From: Haliotis rubra | Lineage: Eukaryota | Direction of reading: 5' to 3' | NCBI RefSeq assembly: GCF_003918875.1 | Contig: NW_025764978.1 | Coordinates: 62,001-126,000, forward strand | DNA length: 64,000 nucleotides | In this document: positions 39,101 to 49,351 of the stretch, piece after piece | How the letters are laid out: every line of letters starts with the position of its first letter | Numbering within the stretch: the first letter of the stretch is position 1 | Notes under the pieces: generated by a model | What the model saw: the letters and a program-made list of their open reading frames with translations, nothing else | Database searches by the model: none | Told to the model about the DNA's origin: nothing | Position numbers and translations under genes: made by a program

Positions 39101-42100
39101 CGATTTTTTACAAGTAACATGATAAAATGGATAATTGCTTACTAGCTTATTAAACACCATTCAATATCTCCAAATCTATTTTACTGACTGGATGTAATGT
39201 GCCTGTTTTATAAGTATCCACTTTCCTAATATGTTTACTACTATGTTGATGTTCTCAGGCCACAGTATCCACGAATCAGGGGACCTGACCTCCACCATCC
39301 ATACGGGGACAGGTCTGAGTTTACGTCCAAACACAGTCTACTACTGCAGTGTCCTGGCTTACAACAAGGCTGGTCTGGTCAGCTGGGCCTATTCTGATGG
39401 AGTACAGGTGGACGTCATGCCTCCAGTGGCAGGCAGAGTGAAGGATGGAGCAGGTACGATAATGCGAATATAACTGTCTGTTAAGGGAATGCCCACTACA
39501 GAAATGAAAACAGCAGGTATTTTCAGCATTAAAGACGCATTATACATCCATATATTTCTAGCGTGTGGGAACACTGCAAGACTGTATCTTATACATCTGC
39601 AGATATCCACGACCAGGACTACCAGAGTTCTACATAAAAAATCTCTGTCTTCTGGCACGGCTTCTCGGACACAGACTCCACAATCGTCAAGTATTTCTGG
39701 TGTGTGGAGACAATCAACGACACATCAGATTGCAGTGTGATGGACTGGCTGGATACTGGACTGCACACATCCTTCAGTATATCGCTTCCAACTCCATTGT
39801 CTGCTGGTAAGTATATGGTATGTTGCATCTAACATATTGAGCCCGGACATAGTAATATATTTCCTAACATCCAATGTACTGACTATTTTTACAGGTACCA
39901 TATGGAACAAAGTGTATGCTGTAGACGTGGTTGGCCATGCCTCTGACGTAGCTGTATCTGATGGAGTTGTCATCGACACATCACCCCCGGAACCTAAGGA
40001 TGTAGCATATCTTGGAGACAATCTGGTAAAGAACCCATCTTTCGAGGTAGACGATATTACAGGAAATACATCAAAATGCAACCTCGTCATACCAACATCA
40101 TGGGAAACTGACACAGCGTCCTGTATCAGGGTTAAGGCGCCGGATTCACCTTTAGCTAAAGATGGACATATGTTTGTGTCCGTAAGTGGAAGCATCCAAC
40201 AAACGATCTCAGGTCTTGAGGTTGGGAGGCATCACTGTCATGGCCATGAATGCTGCTGGACTGACCACTGTTTCCCATGCACAACCCATCGTTGTAGATC
40301 TGACTCCGCCATTCTTCAGTCATATCAGTGATGGGCCAGGTAAATTCTCCAAAACACGTGAAAACAATGTCGCTTTACTACACATTCGGTGATGTCCCAT
40401 CCGTGTCACTTCCTTATCATCACATTTTGGCCCAGAAAGTGATTGCAAGGTCAATACTCCAAGACAATTGATGACGGTCACAGAAAGGTCATAGGTTGCA
40501 ATGCTTGTTCATGTGCCTTAGAATACTTATGGGAAGTAACGACACAAAACTAGCCATAGGGCGAAACATGTCATCAACATATGAGACCAGGTTGGAAATG
40601 AAATAGTAACATAAACAACAGGCAGCATATTACAGTACATGTTCAGTTTCTTTGTTGATACTTGCTGGAAATAGTTAACGAGAGACAATCTAAAGTGACT
40701 GAACCCAATACTAGCAATGAGCATTTAGTGCTGATAGGCAGTGAACGAATATCTGAACTGAGCAACCGTAAAGTGATGGCTAATTAATACCACTAACAAG
40801 ACACACAAACAGCTAATTAAATGGACTGTGTCCAGTAAACGGACTGAAGTGAAGGGATGAAACAAGCTACTTAAAGGTATCAGCCACATGTACTCTTAGT
40901 AAGGAGACATACATGACTATACATACAAGAGATATATCTAAAGAGCAGTAGGTAATCTTGCTAGGGAGTGACGTGGTGATCAAAGTTATTAATCATTTTC
41001 AACAAGTAACATTTTCAATAAGATTCAGACACAAAGTATAGAACTGATAAGCTAATTAGAAAAAATGAAAATATAATAGTTCACTAATAGCGTAATTAAC
41101 ACAAAAGCACAGAATGGAAGCGGAACAGGCCTGCGATTGCCGCACCTTCGAGAGTTGTGGATGGTGAGGTGCTATTGTTAAGCATACCTGAATAACGATG
41201 AGCGATATATTTGTATACACACTATTACTTGCATTATTTCGGAAGGTTTTTTAAGTTTAGATTGTCGCTTTCTGAAGTGTTGATTTATGTCATTTCTTTG
41301 TGTTTAGGCTCAGATGAAGATCATCAAACATCAAGTGTGGTTAGCGTCAACTGGAAAGTGACGGATGGAGAGTCAGGTGTCGATCACTGCGACTGGGCTA
41401 TTGGTACGTAAATGCCCGCACCGTAAATGCCCAAACCACTTGCAGTACACATATGCGACATTGTCCGATGTGCACTTGGAGACTGGCTCGTCATACAACG
41501 TCTGTGTAGTTCCTGTAGACATCTTTGGTACGACTGGAGAGAGAACTACTTCCTACTTTACAGTTCCCAATGAATCACCTGATGTATCTGGTAAGTATTG
41601 ATAATGTTACACAATCAACGTTGTGTTATTGTTCGGACATGATATTATGTGTTTATATCTAGGATAAGTTATTCTTTGACAAAAAAAAAGCAAAACGTTT
41701 TCAGGTTCTAGAAGCGTGAATGTGGTCTGCACGTTTAGAGACATATTGTGGTAGTTTGGGAAGTGATTATGTCAGTTTGACTCGTTAAGCAAATTTGTCT
41801 GTGTTTAATAGTATTTTATTCTTTGTGTCTTTGATGTTAGAAAGACAGGTGGTGTTTGACCAGACCAGTAAAGTACAATTGTTTGAGGCATTTATTTTGT
41901 GTATGCAATACCGTCATTAGAATTTCGGTTACACTTCGAAATGTACTGGTTATACACACGGTCGTAATATTGCTGTTAAAGCGGCGTAAAACTAAACTCA
42001 CTCACTCACCTTTGTTTCAGATTCTGTGGCAAATGGTGAAGTCCTTGCCAACTTGCTTTCGAAAGTGCAGATCAGCTGCCTGGGAAAGCGGATGAAACGC

Positions 42101-42287
42101 GTACCAAGGTCAGCACCAGGAGGGAAGAAATTCCACATGACTCTGAGAAGCCATTGTAGAGGTCCATAGATGATACATACTTGTATTTAAACAAAAACAA
42201 ACACGAAAACAAAAACGGTCCTTGATGGTACATACCTGTACTCGAAGAAAAACAAAAGTGTAAAAAAAACACACAGAGTCTGAAGTA

Positions 42288-42783
42288 CTCCACGAGGTTA
42301 AACAGGCCTTATCCTGGGAAGCAAGCCAAAGGCCCGTCTGTGCCTATAGATAGCTATACTGAACAAAGACACTATATTTCCTTGATCAGTATATGTTCGG
42401 AAACAGGCAACAAATATATGTCGCTAATGCTGCCCAAACCAGGTGGTACCCAAAAATGAGGGTCTGAAAAAAACTCCACGAGGTATAAATACGCCTTAGA
42501 CCGCGACACTAGCCAAAGGCCCGTCTGTGCCTATAGATAGCTATACTGAACAAAGACACTATATTTCCTTGATCAGTATATGTTCGGAAACAGGCAACAA
42601 ATATATGTCGCTAATGCTGCCCAAACCAGGTGGTACCCAAAAATGAGGGTCTGAAAAAAACTCCACGAGGTATAAATACGCCTTAGACCGCGACACTAGC
42701 CAAAGGCCCGTCTGTGCCTATAGATAGCTATACTGAACGAAGACACTATATTTCCTTGATCAGTATATGTTCGGAAACAGGCC
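42288..42783. repeat. 187-bp tandem repeat, ~2.7 copies
   Basis: ctccacgagg at 42288, 42474 and 42661; copies 2 and 3 nearly identical. Confidence 0.95.
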
Positions 42784-44575
42784 AACTACAAAAAAAACCA
42801 AGAAAAAGACTCATAATGGAAAAAAAGAACAGAAAAAAGCGAATGATTGTTATGCATGGTGTTCCTACATTTAGCTACTAGCTTCAGTGTTGTTTTTAGA
42901 ATCTATGTAGATGATCCACATGTGCACTGGTCCATCGACTTGTGTCGACCAAATCGGGCTTTTACATAATGTCCGTTGTCAGTTGTGACTGGAATATTTC
43001 TTAGTCACATAAGTATATATTTTATTCATATGATCCTCACTGGCTTATCCCAATATTTCTTTGATTGGCAAAGGCATTCAGTATTAAAATGTCACATTTT
43101 GGCATCTGATATGAGAAAAGGCTTTGAAAAATATTATGACGATAAATAATTAAATCAAATAATGCGTTATGGAAAAGTATTGAAGTAGCCTGAAGTACAA
43201 TTATGAATAATTTGCCGGGCCATCTAATACAACTGCCTATGAACAAAAAGACAACCTTCATTCGTTTTCATTCCGTTTCGAGAATGAAGATGTCGTACTT
43301 GTTCATGGGACATGATTTAAGAAATACAGTTCGCTCAACCCCAATGTATAGTGTAATCAAGTACACTTTTGCCCTGAACTATTATAGTGAAAGTACGAGG
43401 ACGTTCGAGTGATTTAACATTTTTACAGTGTGTTATGCAAACCATGAAACGGGGTGCTACGGAGTAGTTTACTGTAGGTGACTGTAAGAGGCGATGACAA
43501 CTGACATGCATCGTGACGTCGGTTACCAAGGGTACGTTTGATAACGAGGGGGCAGACGAGAATGGCGGTGTTACGTCAATACAGTGTGACGTAATACAAA
43601 ATGTGTACTTTATCGCCCGATAAAGTACAGTCGATGCCTTGGATCTTTAAGCGAAGTATCTTAGATAAGACTTTAATGGATAAATCAGAAATAGACCATA
43701 ACATATCCATGCCGAAAAAAATATGATTTTTTTACCTATTTTCCCGAACGGCACATTGAAGTGTTTCGTGTATGTGTTATTCATTGTATCAGACTTTTGC
43801 ATGTAAACCAATTATGTCTGCACGAGAAAAGAATATTCTCATATATTTTATTCCGTTTCGCCGACTTTTCTCGCCTTGGTTTCAAGCGGGGTGCATCAAA
43901 TTTTCAAACTATGTAAACAAAGTAATCTACCTCAGATCATGCAACATTCTCTCATTTGGATCTCTCTTTGCATTGCATCGGAATTCAGCCAAGTTTAAAT
44001 TGTGTATTTTGTAACGATTATTGTCTGTGTAAAGATAATTCAAGTAAGGATAACCTGAACCATTTGTTCAACATGTTTCACATGAGAAAAGTAGAACAGT
44101 TTATAGGACTTTTTACATGGTATTCTTTCTAAACACCGATGAAATATTTGTTCAAAATTGTCACTATCATTTCACGTTAAACGATAGTTTGACTGATGCT
44201 TGATTAGAGGTACATTTCTTTGTAATGCATTACACTGACGACGGTTGTCCCACATCATGTCTTTTATTTGCTTGTTTGGTTGCCTTGTACGGAATTACTA
44301 CTGTAATAAAATGTACAAAACAAACATTTGTGTGTTCTTCTTTCTGGTAAAGAGCATCTCCTCGTGTGTGGACATTTCCGTGTTGTGCCCTTCACCTTCA
44401 CCCATAAAGGGTGTTTCCGGTAGAGCAGTGGGCATCCTTTTCCTTGTTTGTTGTTTTATACCGCAGGCAGCAATCTTCCACCTGTTCTCAAACTGTAAAG
44501 AACTGAGTTTCCACCAGACAAGACAGTGATTGCCATGCATGATGATCATCGATATAGGCAATTTGGATCTCATGA

Positions 44576-44810
44576 TATATGTGGTACAGTATCAGATAGG
44601 TCATCTAGCCTCTATACCTACCCAGCCTCCATGGTATATGTGGTACAGTATCAGATAGGTCATCTAGCCTCTATACCTACCCAACCCCCGTGGTATATGT
44701 GGTACAGTATCAGATAGGTCATCTAGCCTCTATACCTACCCAACCTCCATGGTATATGTGGTACAGTATCAGACAGGTCATCTAGCCTCTATACCTACAC
44801 AATCCCCGTG
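44576..44810. repeat. 59-bp minisatellite x4
   Basis: gtggtacagtatcagataggtcatctagcctctatacctac at 44581, 44640, 44699 and 44758. Confidence 0.95.
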
Positions 44811-46759
44811 GTGGCCACCTGTCACAAGAAAGGAGGGAAGAAGAAGCCTTCTCACCTTAAACGGAAGCATCAATGTTACTGTTGATAAGTAAGAGGATGA
44901 CATTCCAAAGTGTGCTGCGTCAGTGTTATCAATGAGTAGATGTGAACCATCGTACATTTGTAAAGATGTTCAAAGACCAGGGTTAAGACTGGTCTTCAGC
45001 AACTCGTGTTTGTCGCAACAGGAAGTTGACAGTTTGGGTGGTCAGGAACACATACTTGCTTGATTCATGTCATTGTAGCCCAATTGCACAGTCGATGCAC
45101 ATGATGTTAATCACTAGATTATCTAGTCAAGACACGAATATTTACATACCGCCGTCATGTACTGAGATACTGCTGAGTGCGACGCTAGACAACAGACAAA
45201 GATGATCCAACCATTAATCAGAAGGTGCTACCAGTTCTTAAAGCCACAGTTGATGGCAACATCCATGAAAGAAACTTTCCAACTTTTAGGGAATATATAT
45301 GCTGAAATATTAAATGGCAAGTTGCTAATTGTTTATCGACGTAACATCGTTCAAAGCAGTGTAACGTTTTACCCATTTCTGACCGACATCGATTGAACAG
45401 AGTAATTGTGAACGTATAACCAGCTGAACACGTAGCTTACTACAGTACAGGAAAGAGACGCCTGTACGTTGTTTAACGAGTATCTAGCAAGTGAAAGACT
45501 ATAAAGAAATTGTATGAATTTAACTTGACTTCCGCCCGGCTTTCACAACTGAACGTGTCCATGTCAAAGGGCAGCACGCACGCGCAGTCATACACACAGA
45601 TATACACCAGTATACCCTTTGTGATCTTTTCACTGCTGGAATATTAAGCCGAAATGATGGAATTTTCAGTGAAAACCTTTCACTTCAAGAAATCTAATCC
45701 CAATGAAGTCAGAAGGACAATAATGACAACTAGAATATGGTGACATTAAGTAAGATGACGGAATTTCAATCAAACAGCTTTCACTTCAAGACATCTTATC
45801 CCGATGAAGTCAAAGGACTATCATTTCATAACATCCAAAATATGGTGGCATTACTGTTCTGGAGTGGAAATGATTATTGCAGTGAAACTAAGCAGGATCA
45901 ACAGATGAGTTTACGGGAATTCCGCATGGGTATCATTTGTAAATTCGTAGTTAATGCCTACATTTACCTGGCTGGAGAAGCGTATATTGCACAACAGGTT
46001 ATTCTAAAGATTAATTATAACATTTGGAAGGAAGTTTTGTTATAAAGGTCAATGCACCTGATGTACTGAGATGATGGTTTACCTTCTGATGAAGATACGG
46101 CGAGCAAGTCTGTCTGGTATAATAATGAAATCAAAATTGATGGTTAGTATATTTATTTTCCAACAATGACATTGAAAAGGTACAGCATTCGTACATGATA
46201 TCATTAATGATACGGAGAAACATAATCGCGACATTAACATATGAACATAACAACTTCATCTCTTAGTCGCGTTAAATATTTGAACTGGAGAATGAATTAT
46301 AAGAAAATAGCATTTCAAGCCGATTGGATGGGAGTGAATAGGGGGAGAGGGAGAATGAGGGATTGACTCTATGGTAATAAGGTCATGTGCAGTTACTAAT
46401 ACAAGACCAAGTGTATAACAATTTGTAGGGCTATCAACCAGGAAAGTAAGTGCTATAAATAGATTGCAATGCAATAACTCCGAGATATGTTATCTCAACA
46501 CACGAAAGACCTTTCTACATGTATGTAGAGAGCATGCGCGCAGAGAACGTGACACCAGGTCACTTTGAGTGGGGAGCAGGCTTATTTTATTCCCTGAGAA
46601 ACTCACCCTCGCGGACTTGGCTCACATGTGTCAACGCAGGGGAAACATATGGCGTCAACTATTTCAGTCTTTCTTCACGACGTCTACGACCAGTACACAT
46701 TAATCAAATGGCCGCAGATCAAGTTGTCAAAAGACTTAAGTTTATATTCTATAGTGTTT

Positions 46760-47336
46760 GGTCATTGTTTAACGTCACGCTCCGAAATAGGTAAACTGTC
46801 GAATATGGACCTGATAATCCAGTGATCATTAGTATCGACCTTCGCAACCATTATACGATGACATGTGTCAGCCAAGTCAGCCTGACCACCCGATCCTGTT
46901 AGTCGCTTCTTACGACAAGCATGGGCTGCTGAAGATCAGTTCTAACCCGGATCTTCATTGGTACATGTTATTTCTCACAGAATGAAGACCCTCAGAACCT
47001 CACGGTGTACAGATATTTGACTAACATTCACACTCATGATCAGCTGGATATCCTATAAGACTTTGAAAACAGATCTCACAGATCAGTAAGAAGTGAGTGA
47101 GTGAGTGAGTTTTACGCCACACTCAGCAATATTCCAACTATATGGCCGCGGTCTGTAAATAATCGAGTCTGGACCAGACAATCCAGTGATCAACAGCATC
47201 GGCATCAATCTATGCAATTGAGTACCAATGACATGTGTCCACCAAGCCAACGAGCCTGACCACCAGATCCCGTTAGTCGCCCCTTACGACAAGCATTGGT
47301 TACTGAAGATCAATTCTAACCTGGATCTTCACGGGT
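46760..47336 (-). mobile_element. Two family-B retroposons (~46760-46962 and 47093-47336, the latter with 15-bp TSD)
   Basis: cagatcagtaagaag flanks the second copy; another degenerate + strand copy at ~44970-45200. Confidence 0.88.
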
Positions 47337-47699
47337 CAGATCAGTAAGAAGAATTAAGCCACAATACATTATAGAAACACTTCAAATATAAGGATAAAGT
47401 CAGGTAAAGACTTACCCAAGAGTACCTGAAGTATTAAGGTGGAAGTCGAATAAGGCTGATCCGTATTAAATATATCTTTTAAACAGATTATCAAGAAACA
47501 TGGATAGAAGATATATTTATTATATAAAGACGATACTAACGACATGGAATTCCTGTCTATCAGGTGCACGATCAGGGAGATGGTTCGGTTCAAAGTAGGT
47601 TATAACAAAATACGATTACATCATCGGACAGTACGATTCCGACCGGAGGTAGTGGAATATTACTGTCGCCTGAGGAATATATGCTAATCTTCTTTTAGA

Positions 47700-48483
47700 A
47701 ATTACTGAGATTAAAAGCTTGTGAGCCCCCTTTAAACCAGCAAAATACAACACAATCAAGTCTATTATATTCAATTATATAGGGAATATATATAGCTACA
47801 AAGAATGTCAGTACAGGTTTCCAATACAATACTATTGGAAAATCAAGATTTATGGATGTCGACTTCTTTATTGTGAATAACAATACAAGTATACAAGAAG
47901 AACAATACAACAATTGTGAAATTGACATCCAAAAATGTTGTTTTTCTTATGCATTCCACTTCTAAATGTCCTTCAAAGACAATACTATTGGACCACAAAT
48001 CCAAAATATTGGGTCACAAATCTAAACTATTGGGTCACAAATGTTAAATAATAACTCACCAAAGTCTTGATATTACCACTAAATACAGATGTATTGATTG
48101 AAGACAGCTGTTGAAAGTTCATTGTAGACGAGGCCTCTTGAGTGGTAGGTCTTGAAACGTCGATGTTAGCAGGCAGATGGACGTAAATCCAAAGTCATCC
48201 CCCATACATCAACAACCATCCCTTATATACCTATTATACAGTTCTGTTTTTTTCTAGCAAAAACCATGCCACGCTACGATCTTCTCACAGCTTCCACAAT
48301 CCGACCGGAAGCAAAACAAACAAAGGGAGGTAACTCCTCAGCCCACTCTCAACAGGTGACATTACATAGCCCAAGTTCAAGACGAAAGTTCAAATCCACA
48401 TTCAGCACCTCAAATATTTGTGACCCATGTTAACTAAAAGTTAATTATGAGACATTGTAATTAACAAATCACATCCTCATAAC
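47700..48483. mobile_element. Solo-LTR-like repeat related to 22172-22645
   Basis: Shared cccctttaaaccagcaaaata, aaagtcttgatatt, accggaagcaaaacaaacaa and aatcacatcctcataac. Confidence 0.7.
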
Positions 48484-48914
48484 GAAATACATATTCCAAC
48501 TGAATAGCCTACTTGTATATATCAATGCGAATGTTCAAAGCAAATAGCTGCACTATATCATATCCAAAGAAATGGTCAAACTAAATGACACATTTCATAT
48601 CAAAATAAATGTTCAAATCAAATGGCTATATTACATATCAAACTAATATTTAATCTACATGACTATATCGCATATCAAAGTAAATGTTCAAACTAAATGA
48701 CTATAAAACATATCAAACTAAGTGTTCAAGCTAAATGACTATATTACGTATGCAGAAATCACTTGTTTACATATATATATATATCACATAGATAAATAAA
48801 AACAGACTGCCTTTTTCTCCAACATGTGTCGTTCTTTACTCTTCAGGGAGATTGGAGCAGTTACGGTATGACGTCATTACATATATATTGTGACGTCACA
48901 ATATGTATTTCATA

Positions 48915-48917
48915 TAT

Positions 48918-48968
<51 letters not shown>
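48915..48968. repeat. (CA)n(TA)n microsatellite in the 3' region of the receptor gene
   Basis: Direct inspection. Confidence 0.95.
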
Positions 48969-48970
<2 letters not shown>

Positions 48971-49170
48971 TGAATGGCTACAATATATACATTGCAAACA
49001 AAATGCACCCCTAAATTTGTAATGTCTCATACCGACGGATGGGAGACCATCAAACAATGTGACCCCATACAAATGTAGTGTGTCATACACTGGGGTGGTA
49101 CATGAGCTTTTACACAATATGAACCCCAATACATGCTACGTCTGTATACGGGGATGTCTTATTGTGCCTC

Positions 49171-49351
49171 TCAAGCATGTAGCGTCTCATACACAGGGGG
49201 CTGCACATGGTCCATCTTCTCGTACACGTGATCCGGCTGGGTCACACTGGTTATTCCATCTCCTGCATCTCCCGTGTCATTCTCGTAGGTGGGGTTTCTC
49301 ACGGCACCAGCAGTAACGCCTGTCTTCTTCTGCTTGTTCGTAACGACCATT
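49171..49351 (-). CDS. Last exon, cytoplasmic tail ..RNPTYEN..HVYEKMDHVQPPVYETLHA*
   Basis: tttacag/ acceptor, phase matches TM exon, TGA at 49171-49173. Confidence 0.88.

Larger units (their letters stand above)
15348..41590 (+). pseudogene. Giant multi-exon extracellular protein with repeated FN3/Ig-like modules (uncharacterised invertebrate family), probably disabled
   Basis: About 35 GT-AG exons repeating W-x-G-F-x-D-x-E-S-G, VGTxPGxxD, Y-x-V-T-V-x-A-x-N-x-A-G-L and SDGVxVDxTPP; in-frame stops at 21945, 32069 and 38147; frameshifts at ~15730, ~17610, ~19276, ~27367 and ~40228; no start or final exon found. Confidence 0.85.
31705..41590 (+). pseudogene. 3' exon cluster (e.g. 31705-31858, 31953-32131, ~34692-35141, ~38097-38596, ~39259-39805, 39895-40339, ~41309-41590)
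   Basis: VKVTACNMTGLC..VDSSKP; VLAYNKAGL..SDGVQVDVMPP; GDNLVKNPSFE domain; WKVTDGESGV. Confidence 0.8.
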
